The translations under genes and the position numbers were made by a program. Below are positions 8,643 through 16,578 of a DNA stretch of 49,538 nucleotides, in pieces (within the stretch, counting starts at the first letter, position 1; every line of letters starts with the position of its first letter). Below the pieces are notes generated by a model, which saw nothing but the letters and a program-made list of their open reading frames with translations, searched no databases and was not told the origin of the DNA. The stretch is from Patescibacteria group bacterium. Its GTDB lineage: Bacteria > Patescibacteriota > Minisyncoccia > UBA6257 > GWB1-50-10. The stretch covers positions 1 to 49,538 of the forward strand of contig JASEHZ010000002.1 of the NCBI GenBank assembly GCA_030018585.1, read 5' to 3'.

Positions 8643-10016
8643 ATGAATCCTAAAGACCTTTGGAATTCGGTGCTTGGTGAAATAGAGCTTCAAATTTCTA
8701 AGCCTAACTTTTTAACTTGGTTTAAAAACAGCGAACTTGTTGAGAAAAAAGAAAAAGAAGGTCTGGTTTTTGTAAGTCTTCCTAATAATTTTGCAAAAGA
8801 GTGGATAAAAAACCGTTATCATAAGCTTATTTTAGGTTCTTTGCGCACTTTGGACGGATCAATAAAAAGCGTGGAATATGTTGTTCGAACACAAAACTTA
8901 AACCCCCTAACTATTCCAGTCCCGAATTCTAAAAAAACTTTTTCTGTTTCCGAAGAAATCCAACCTATTTTGATCGAAAGCAAAATAGACCCGAAAACAA
9001 ATTTAAATCCACGCTATTCTTTAAAAAACTTTATTGTTGGCTCTTCTAATGAATTGGCTTACGCCGCGATTCAAGCGGTTGTTAAAGATGTCGGCATAAA
9101 ATATAATCCTCTTTTTATCTATGGCGGGGTTGGTCTTGGAAAAACCCACCTTCTTCAGGCGGCTGGAAATGCTATTAAAGATAAATCCGAAAAAATTAAT
9201 ATTCTTTATATTTCATCAGAAAAATTCATAAACGATGTTGTCTGGGCTATTCGTAATAAACGAACCGAGGACATGAAAAAGAAATACCGCGACGTTGATG
9301 TTCTTATTATTGATGACATTCAATTCATTGGTGGCAAAACTACAACAGAATTAGAATTTTTTTATACCTTTAATGTCCTCTATGAAAACAATAAACAAAT
9401 AATTCTTTCTTCCGACCGTCCGCCGGCTGCTATCCCCACCCTCGAAGAAAGACTAAGATCCCGTTTTCAGGTCGGTATGGTGGCTGATATTGGTTATCCA
9501 GATTATGAAATGCGCTTGGCGATTTTAAAAACCAAAATTTCTAATCAACAACTAAGAATCGAGGATAAAATTCTTGAACAAATAGCCACCAAGGTCCAGA
9601 AAAATATAAGAGAATTGGAAGGTGTTTTAAATAAAGTTGTTTTTTACCAACAGTTCAAAGGAGAAAAAATAGATAATAAAAAACTCGAAGAAATTATAAA
9701 CGAAACTATTCAAGTTTCAGCCAAAAACGTTACTGCTAATGAAATTATAAAAGCTGTGGCGGATTTTTTTGAAATTTCTCAATCTAATTTAACTGAACGA
9801 AGCCGAAAGCAAGAAATAGTTGAACCTAGACAAATTACAATGTTTCTGCTTCGCGAACTACTCAAGCTTTCCTATCCTCATATCGGGGAGTGTTTGGGCA
9901 AACGCGACCATACCACCGCTATTCATGCCTACGAAAAAATATTAAAAGAAATAAATCAAAATCCGGCGTTAAATCAAAAAATTCTCTTAATAAAAGAACG
10001 GGTGTATAAAATGTAA
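8643..10016 (+). CDS. dnaA: chromosomal replication initiator DnaA
   Basis: Walker A is GGVGLGKTHLLQA. There is an AAA+ box VII region and a C-terminal DNA-binding helix (RKQEIVEPRQITMFLLRE). The gene is divergent from rpmH. Confidence 0.95.
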   Translation: MNPKDLWNSVLGEIELQISKPNFLTWFKNSELVEKKEKEGLVFVSLPNNFAKEWIKNRYHKLILGSLRTLDGSIKSVEYVVRTQNLNPLTIPVPNSKKTFSVSEEIQPILIESKIDPKTNLNPRYSLKNFIVGSSNELAYAAIQAVVKDVGIKYNPLFIYGGVGLGKTHLLQAAGNAIKDKSEKINILYISSEKFINDVVWAIRNKRTEDMKKKYRDVDVLIIDDIQFIGGKTTTELEFFYTFNVLYENNKQIILSSDRPPAAIPTLEERLRSRFQVGMVADIGYPDYEMRLAILKTKISNQQLRIEDKILEQIATKVQKNIRELEGVLNKVVFYQQFKGEKIDNKKLEEIINETIQVSAKNVTANEIIKAVADFFEISQSNLTERSRKQEIVEPRQITMFLLRELLKLSYPHIGECLGKRDHTTAIHAYEKILKEINQNPALNQKILLIKERVYKM

Positions 10017-10186
10017 ATAAATTGTGTAAAAATATTAATTATCCTCCTGAAAAATTTAAAACAAAGAAAGATATGCGCTTTTTACTTTTTTAATTTTCTA
10101 CTCTGTACAATGCTTTTTGAAACTTTTCCACTTATTCACATTACTATTACTACCACTAAAGATAATAATAAAGATAATAATAAAAA
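10017..10186. promoter_or_regulatory. candidate oriC segment (dnaA-dnaN intergenic)
   Basis: Two DnaA-box-like 9-mers lie together: TTTTCCACT (10124-10132) and TTATTCACA (10132-10140). They are followed by a perfect tandem 12-mer AAAGATAATAAT x2 (10158-10181) in very AT-rich DNA. Confidence 0.35.
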
Positions 10187-11302
10187 ATGAAATTAATAAT
10201 TCTTAGAAATAATCTTTTAAGAGCTTTCGGAACAGAAGAGCGGGTAATTAGCAATAATGTAAATTTACCCATTTTAAAAAATATTTTTCTAGAAGCTCAA
10301 GAAGGAAAAATTATTCTTACAGCAACCGATTTAGAACTAGCAATTCAATACAATCTGTCAGGAAAAATAATAGAAAGCGGTTCTGTTGTTATGCCGTTTT
10401 TTATTATCAATTCAATTATTAAAAATTTAACCAGCGAAAGGGTAAATATTGAAGAAAAAGAAAAAAAGATATTTTTAAGTACCGATAATTATGAAGCAGT
10501 AATTCAAGGACAAAGCCCGAAAGAGTTCCCGATTATTCCGTCAATTCATAATAATAAACAATTTGTAAAAATTTCTGTAGCTTTTTTAAAAGAAGCTTTA
10601 GAAAACGTTATTGGAGCAACTCAATATTCAGAAATTAGACCGGAAATAAGCGGTGTTTTTGTAAAATTTTTTGACGAAAAAATGTTTTTTGTGGCAACAG
10701 ATAGTTTTCGTTTGGCGGAAAAAAGCTTGGGAAAAAACCAATTTCAAACATCGTTTGATAATTTTTCGGCTATTATTCCTTTAAAAACAGCCGAAGAATT
10801 ATTGAGAGCATTAAGCGGTTTAGATGGTGACGATGAGAACGTCGAAATTTTTATAGATCTTAATCAAATTTTATTTAAAACAAACGTTTGGCAAATCACT
10901 TCCCGTCTTATTGATGGGAAATTTCCGGAATATCAGGGAGTTATTCCAAAAGAAACGAAAACCGAAGTTACTTTAAATAAACAAGAATTTATAAACGCAA
11001 TAAAATTAACCAGCACTTTTGCCGGAAGGACGCAGGATGTTTCAATTAAAAGCGGAGAAAACAGAAAATATATTGAACTTACATCATCAGACAGCTCGTT
11101 AGGAGAAAACAAATACCAAGTACTTTCAAAAGTAAAAGGAGAAAAGGTTTCTGTAACCTTTAATTGGCGGTACCTTATTGAAGGGTTAAAAATTTACAAA
11201 AGCGAGGAAATTGTTTTGGGAGCCAATTTAACAGGACCAGCCGTAATTAAGAATCCAAACGACAATTCTCTTATTTATGTATTGATGCCTATAAAGAATT
11301 AG
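10187..11302 (+). CDS. dnaN: DNA polymerase III beta sliding clamp
   Basis: It is the 371-aa ORF directly after dnaA. Typical clamp text includes ATDSFRLAE and SRLIDGKFPEY. Confidence 0.9.
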   Translation: MKLIILRNNLLRAFGTEERVISNNVNLPILKNIFLEAQEGKIILTATDLELAIQYNLSGKIIESGSVVMPFFIINSIIKNLTSERVNIEEKEKKIFLSTDNYEAVIQGQSPKEFPIIPSIHNNKQFVKISVAFLKEALENVIGATQYSEIRPEISGVFVKFFDEKMFFVATDSFRLAEKSLGKNQFQTSFDNFSAIIPLKTAEELLRALSGLDGDDENVEIFIDLNQILFKTNVWQITSRLIDGKFPEYQGVIPKETKTEVTLNKQEFINAIKLTSTFAGRTQDVSIKSGENRKYIELTSSDSSLGENKYQVLSKVKGEKVSVTFNWRYLIEGLKIYKSEEIVLGANLTGPAVIKNPNDNSLIYVLMPIKN

Positions 11303-11311
11303 ATAGCCGTT

Positions 11312-13777
11312 TTAATGAAAAATAATCGTTGATACGTTAGTTTCTTTGCCGGATCGACTTTTAACTTTGATTTCTAAAAGATTTTGGGGTTCTAAATTTT
11401 TGTTTATGGTAAAAACAAAGCTATAACCTGTTTGATTATTAGCAAAGCCGACAACACTGTTGATTAATTCACGATTTAAAAAGAGCTCTATTTTTTCTAA
11501 ACCTTTTGATGTTTGGATGTCAGCTTTAACAGAAAATGGTACGTTTACAAAAGAACCTGTTTTTGGTTTTAAATTTTCTATTATCACACTATCTGAAAGA
11601 ACAGCACCCTCCGGATCAATGGTGTTTATATTTGTAAAGTCAATATTTTTGGGAATAGGTAAATTATACTGGTAAAAATTCGGAATATTAAGGCGAGCCC
11701 AATCAAGGACGGCCTTTTCCCAATTTTCAAAAGCCAGATCATTATTGAGATCGTCTGGCAAAGGGCCTAGAGGGTTGTTTTTGTCCACATAAAAAAGAAT
11801 TGAATGAATTTGAGGATATTGTTTTCCGTCAATAAGTGGGACAAACTCTCCAAGTCCATTTAGCATTGGTTTTGAAGAACGAAAAGGAGGGTCTGGCTTT
11901 TCAAATGTTTCTGGAGGGTATTTTTTTAAAACCTCTTTTAGAAAATCACTCCAAATAGGGACAGCCGCTAAAATACTGCTTCCTTTTCTTTGCATAGGCG
12001 CATTATCGTTGTTGCCCGCCCAAACACCAATAACTAAAGAAGGAGTATAACCTATAGCCCAAGCATCGCGATAATCTTCGGTCGTGCCTGTTTTTAAAGC
12101 GACTTCATGATCAGGGAATATTGTAAGTGATAGGCTATTTTCGTAAAGCGGGGCTCGGAGATCAATGTCGGACAAAATTTGATTTATAAGCTTTGGATAT
12201 GACGGATCAATAACGCGTTTGTTTTTGTCTTGGTACTCGTCTAAAATGTCGTTTTTGCTGTTTTCTACTTTCAAAACCAAAGATTGTTCGTGTAAGACCC
12301 CGTTTTGGCTTAAGACGCCATAAGCATTAATCAAATCTATTAGTTTTACTTCGCCTCCACCTAAAGTGAGAGAAAGACCGTAGCGCCACCTTTCTTTTAA
12401 AGTAGAAATGCCGAAGGCGTGTAAATTTCTAAGAACATCATCAAAACCGGCAAGGTAAAGAGTTTTTACGGCCGGCACGTTTATTGATTGAGCTAATGCT
12501 TGTTCCATACTTACTGGACCGCGGAATTTGCCGTCAAAGTTTTGCGGCTGATAACTTGTTTCGGGATTGTTTCGGGTATCAAACTCTGTTTGGACGTCAT
12601 AAAGTATTGTTTTAGGAGAAAACCCTTTTTGGAAAGCGGTTAGGTAAACAAAAGGTTTTAAAGCAGAGCCTGGTTGGCGCAAGCCCTGAGTAACAACATT
12701 AAAATTGCCGTCAATTTCTTGGTCAAAGTAGTTTCTAGACCCTGTTAATGCTAAAATTTGACCAGTTTTAGGGTCTTGAACTAACATAGCTGCGTTTTTG
12801 CTAGCATATAATTCTTCGTTCCTTTTAGCGCCAAGAGCTATAACTCTCTCGGCTAGTTGTTGCAGGTTCCAATCAAGAGTAGTTGTTATTTTTAATCCGC
12901 CGTTTATAATCATATTTTCGCCGAAACGATTTATTAAGTATTCTTTTACAAACAGGGAAAAATGAGGAGCTTTTATTGCGCCGAGAGAAGGTGGTGCAAA
13001 ATCAATATCTTCTTTTTTTGCAGCAGAGCTTTGAGCTTCGGTTATAAAACCTAACTCCGTCATCCGATCAAGAATGCGATTTTTTCTTTCTAAGAGTTCG
13101 GAAACATGAAGGCCCCAAGGCGAATAATAGCTGGGAGCTTTTGTTAAACTTGCCAGTATTGCCATTTCTGCCAAAGATAAGGCCTTAACAGACTTATTGA
13201 AATAAGTTTGACTAGCAGCTTCTACGCCATAAGCATTAGAGCCGTAAGGAATTTGGTTTAAGTAAAAAGAGAATATTTCGTCTTTATTATATTGTGATTC
13301 TAGCTTAATCGCCAAAATAAGCTCTTTTAATTTTCTAGTATAAGTTTTTTCCGGCGAAAGAAAAACACTTTTTACTAGCTGTTGGCTGATAGTTGAACCG
13401 CCTTGAGTGATATGACCTGTTTTTAGATTGTTTAAGAAAGCGCGAATAATAGCTATCCAATTGAAAGCCGGTTGGTTATAAAAATTAGCGTCTTCAGCAG
13501 CAAGAGTGGCTAGTTTTAGGTTTTTAGGAATTTCTTCAAAAGGAATAATAGTTCTTTTTTCTTCGCCATGGAGTTCATAAAGCAAGATTTGACCAGTTCG
13601 GTCATAGAGTTTTGTTGATTGATTGATTTGTCTAGTGTTAAAATTATCAAGCGAGGGAAGAGACTTTATAATCAAGAAGACGTAAACGCCGACACCAATA
13701 ACAGAAAGCAAAATTAAAAAGAAAAACATAAGAAAAGTTTTGGAAAAAGATCTAGTTTTTTTATGCTTTTTAGCCAT
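11312..13777 (-). CDS. class A penicillin-binding protein (PBP1A-type transglycosylase/transpeptidase)
   Basis: GT51 motifs are EDANFYNQPAFNW and GGSTISQQLVK. Transpeptidase motifs are SALKP (SxxK) and KTGTT. An N-terminal TM anchor is present. Confidence 0.9.
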   Translation of the reverse strand: MAKKHKKTRSFSKTFLMFFFLILLSVIGVGVYVFLIIKSLPSLDNFNTRQINQSTKLYDRTGQILLYELHGEEKRTIIPFEEIPKNLKLATLAAEDANFYNQPAFNWIAIIRAFLNNLKTGHITQGGSTISQQLVKSVFLSPEKTYTRKLKELILAIKLESQYNKDEIFSFYLNQIPYGSNAYGVEAASQTYFNKSVKALSLAEMAILASLTKAPSYYSPWGLHVSELLERKNRILDRMTELGFITEAQSSAAKKEDIDFAPPSLGAIKAPHFSLFVKEYLINRFGENMIINGGLKITTTLDWNLQQLAERVIALGAKRNEELYASKNAAMLVQDPKTGQILALTGSRNYFDQEIDGNFNVVTQGLRQPGSALKPFVYLTAFQKGFSPKTILYDVQTEFDTRNNPETSYQPQNFDGKFRGPVSMEQALAQSINVPAVKTLYLAGFDDVLRNLHAFGISTLKERWRYGLSLTLGGGEVKLIDLINAYGVLSQNGVLHEQSLVLKVENSKNDILDEYQDKNKRVIDPSYPKLINQILSDIDLRAPLYENSLSLTIFPDHEVALKTGTTEDYRDAWAIGYTPSLVIGVWAGNNDNAPMQRKGSSILAAVPIWSDFLKEVLKKYPPETFEKPDPPFRSSKPMLNGLGEFVPLIDGKQYPQIHSILFYVDKNNPLGPLPDDLNNDLAFENWEKAVLDWARLNIPNFYQYNLPIPKNIDFTNINTIDPEGAVLSDSVIIENLKPKTGSFVNVPFSVKADIQTSKGLEKIELFLNRELINSVVGFANNQTGYSFVFTINKNLEPQNLLEIKVKSRSGKETNVSTIIFH

Positions 13778-13841
13778 TATTATAATTATAATAAGCGGAA
13801 GTTTGTTTAAATACCAATATCTATTGTTTGTTTTGAAATAA

Positions 13842-13874
13842 AAACCCGCCTCGACCTTGAATCGAGGCGGGTTT
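13842..13874 (-). terminator. intrinsic terminator (usable in both directions)
   Basis: AAACCCGCCTCGA-loop-TCGAGGCGGGTTT forms a 13-bp stem flanked by A/T runs, immediately after the stop of the 13877-14080 ORF. Confidence 0.75.
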
Positions 13875-13876
13875 AT

Positions 13877-14080
13877 TTATTCATCTAAATCTTCTTTGGC
13901 GAACTTATCGTTTTCTTCTTCGTAGGGATGAGGGCTTGTCGGGTTTAACAAGTCGTCGTCTAAATGCTCGTCTTCTTCGTCGTTGTTTTGGTGGAACGAG
14001 GGTGTTTCTTTTTCTGGATCAAGCTCTTCTTCATCAAGGTCATAAAGACCCTTTTTAGTAGTTTTAAGCTTACCCGCCAT
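13877..14080 (-). CDS. small, very acidic hypothetical protein
   Basis: The 67-aa ORF is rich in D/E and is followed by a strong terminator. No recognisable family. Confidence 0.35.
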   Translation of the reverse strand: MAGKLKTTKKGLYDLDEEELDPEKETPSFHQNNDEEDEHLDDDLLNPTSPHPYEEENDKFAKEDLDE

Positions 14081-14205
14081 ATTTGTTTTTGTTACAAAAC
14101 GACCTTTGCCGTCAAGTTTTTAAAAGACGGACCATTTGTTTATGGGATAGTATAACTCTCATTTTTAACGTGTCAACCCCCTTTTTATATTTATAAGGGG
14201 ATAAT

Positions 14206-14679
14206 TTATTTAAGAACTTTATGTTGGCTTGCTGTTATTGCTATAGCTAGAGCATCGCTTACGTCGTCAATTTTCGGTTTATGAGACAAACAAAGGATAA
14301 GGGATACCATTTTTGCTACAGCTTGTTTGTCGGCATTGCCGTTTCCAGTCACAGCTAATTTTACTTCAGATGGAGCAAACTCAAAAAGCTTTACACCACG
14401 TTTTATTAGAGTGTTTATAATAACTCCACGCGCTTCCGCTACTTCAAGAGCGGTTTTTTTATTTTTAACAAAGAACAATTTTTCTAAACCTGCTCTGTCG
14501 GGCTTGAATTTAGCGATTATTTTTTCTAAACCCTTTCCCAAAAAAAGAAGGCGCAAACTTTTCGTCCCCTTTGGAATATCAAGAAGGCCGCTTTTGAGAT
14601 GGACAAGGTTGCGGCCGTTGGTTTTTAACAGCCCAAAACCAATGCGAGTGCTGCCAGGGTCAATACCTATAATAATCAT
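14206..14679 (-). CDS. ruvC: crossover junction endodeoxyribonuclease RuvC
   Basis: The N-terminus is MIIIGIDPGSTRIGFG, and the C-terminal region has DVSDALAIAI. I prefer the ATG at 14679 over the TTG at 14691 given in the ORF track. Confidence 0.85.
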   Translation of the reverse strand: MIIIGIDPGSTRIGFGLLKTNGRNLVHLKSGLLDIPKGTKSLRLLFLGKGLEKIIAKFKPDRAGLEKLFFVKNKKTALEVAEARGVIINTLIKRGVKLFEFAPSEVKLAVTGNGNADKQAVAKMVSLILCLSHKPKIDDVSDALAIAITASQHKVLK

Positions 14680-14687
14680 AAAGAAAA

Positions 14688-15221
14688 TCAATCAGCATTA
14701 GCGTAAACCTTTTCAACGTCTTCGTGGTCTTCTAGAGCAAAAACGAGATTTTCTAGCTCTTTTTTTTGATCAGCCGAGAGGGTTTGTCTGAACTTTGGTT
14801 GCCATTCAAGATTTTTTTCGTTTTGTTCGAAAGCCCAACAGACGTTACCAGTTTCAGCCCATTTGGCGTTTTTTTCTTTTAGGATAGCTTTTATTTCTTG
14901 AATGGTTTTGTTTTTGCTTGTCGTAACAGCTTTTATAATCATGGCTATACCATTTGGCCCATAAGCTTCTATAATTAGGTCTTCTAAAACCTCTTCGTTG
15001 CTTGAGGCTTTTTTTATGGCCCGTTCAATATTTTCTTGAGGAACATTAAATTCTTTAGCTTTTTCGATAGCCGAACGTAACCTTGGATTAAATTCTGGTT
15101 TTGGATCTGTTTTTGAAGCAACCGAAATTGCCTTGAGAAGCTTTGAAAAAACTGCACCACGTTTTTTGTCGGCCGCTCCTTTATGTTCTTTTATTTGCTT
15201 CCAGTGGCTATGCCCAGCCAT
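14688..15221 (-). CDS. YebC/PmpR-family protein (short, 177 aa)
   Basis: The N-terminus is MAGHSHWKQIKEHKGAADKKRGAVFSKL. It has the conserved yebC-ruvC gene order. Confidence 0.85.
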   Translation of the reverse strand: MAGHSHWKQIKEHKGAADKKRGAVFSKLLKAISVASKTDPKPEFNPRLRSAIEKAKEFNVPQENIERAIKKASSNEEVLEDLIIEAYGPNGIAMIIKAVTTSKNKTIQEIKAILKEKNAKWAETGNVCWAFEQNEKNLEWQPKFRQTLSADQKKELENLVFALEDHEDVEKVYANAD

Positions 15222-15226
15222 TTTAT

Positions 15227-16573
15227 TTATAAAGATTCGTCGTAAGAGAATTCCTTTTTTGGGATAAGATTTTGATCGATTGGCAAAGATATCCAGAATT
15301 TTGTACCTCTGTTTAAAATAGAATTAAAGCCAATTTCTCCGCCGTGCCGCTCAATAATATTTTTGGTTATGTAAAGTCCTAAACCACTGCCATTCGGTTC
15401 CAGTTGTTGAACATTTGCGCCCCGATGGAATTTTTTGAATAATTTTTTAGAGTCTTCTTCGGGAATGCCAACGCCAGTGTCTTCGATAATAACTTTAACA
15501 AAGGGACGATTTTCTTCCTCGGATAAAGTTATTTTAACCTTGCCGTTTACAATGTTGTATTTGATGGCATTCTCGATAACATTTAAAATGGCTGTACCCA
15601 TTCTTTCCGGATCAATGTTGAGGAAAAGAGGTTTTGTAAAAGAATCAACAAAAAAAATAGTTACTTGGTGTTGTTTTGCAATTGGCTCGGCAGTTCCTAT
15701 GATTTCTTTTATAAAACTGACAAAATCAACGTTTTTAAAATTATAACCAAATTTACCATCTTCTATTTTTGAAGCATCAAGAAGGTCGTTAGTTATTTTT
15801 AAAGCCCGACCAGCAATTAACATGGCTTGATCTAAAATTTCTTTTGCTTCGGGCGGAGAGTTAAGAGTAATTTTTTTTAAATTTTCTAAAGCCCAATTTA
15901 TCGCCGTTAGAGGAGTGCGGAGTTGATGAGCCGCAACATCAATAAATTCTGTTTTTGATTGCAAAATACTCTTTTCTCTGGTCCGATCCTTTACGACCTT
16001 TAGAAAGCCAATTGGTTTGTTGTTGTCTATTAAACGGTGAAGAGTGGTTTCTAAACTTAAAACAGGTTCATCAGTTAAGATTTCCACTATTTGAGGCCAA
16101 TTATCCGGCTCCGAAAGTTGATGAACAGTGGGGGCAAGAGACGGGAAAATAACTTGGGTAATGGATTTAAATTTTGGATTTTTTATCCAATCCGGATTAA
16201 TAATTTGGTCTACGATTTCTTCTTCTTTGATTTGAAATATTTCTTGAGCGGCCTTGTTTAATTTTAGTATTTTAAAATTAAGACCGTAAATAATAATGCC
16301 ATCGTGTAAATACTCGATAATCGTTTCAAGCTCACTTTCCTTAAAAAGAACCTCCTTTTTTATCAAAATAGACGATAGACTAAGGCGAACTAAGAATATT
16401 GCGATGCCGATAAATATGGTTGTTGTGATAATAGCAAGAAAAAGAGGTAAGTAAAAAAAACCCACAAAGACTGTAAGTAGGGCAAGGAAAAGGACGGCTA
16501 AAAGCGACCAAATCTCCGGTGTTTTCGAAAAAGCCTTGAGCTGTTCTAAATAATAAAAAAAAGAAACTTTCAT
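15227..16573 (-). CDS. membrane sensor histidine kinase (PAS-like + HisKA + HATPase_c)
   Basis: The H-box is AAHQLRTPLTAINW and the G-box is GSGLGLYI, with two N-terminal TM helices. I prefer the ATG at 16573, 5 nt after the polA stop, over the overlapping 16609 start. Confidence 0.8.
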   Translation of the reverse strand: MKVSFFYYLEQLKAFSKTPEIWSLLAVLFLALLTVFVGFFYLPLFLAIITTTIFIGIAIFLVRLSLSSILIKKEVLFKESELETIIEYLHDGIIIYGLNFKILKLNKAAQEIFQIKEEEIVDQIINPDWIKNPKFKSITQVIFPSLAPTVHQLSEPDNWPQIVEILTDEPVLSLETTLHRLIDNNKPIGFLKVVKDRTREKSILQSKTEFIDVAAHQLRTPLTAINWALENLKKITLNSPPEAKEILDQAMLIAGRALKITNDLLDASKIEDGKFGYNFKNVDFVSFIKEIIGTAEPIAKQHQVTIFFVDSFTKPLFLNIDPERMGTAILNVIENAIKYNIVNGKVKITLSEEENRPFVKVIIEDTGVGIPEEDSKKLFKKFHRGANVQQLEPNGSGLGLYITKNIIERHGGEIGFNSILNRGTKFWISLPIDQNLIPKKEFSYDESL

Positions 16574-16578
16574 GAAGG

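Noticed and set aside
14327-14701. A 124-aa plus-strand ORF. The ORF at 19645-20049 is a similar case.
   Set aside because: These are shadow ORFs antisense to ruvC and ruvB. They have no RBS and no recognisable motifs.
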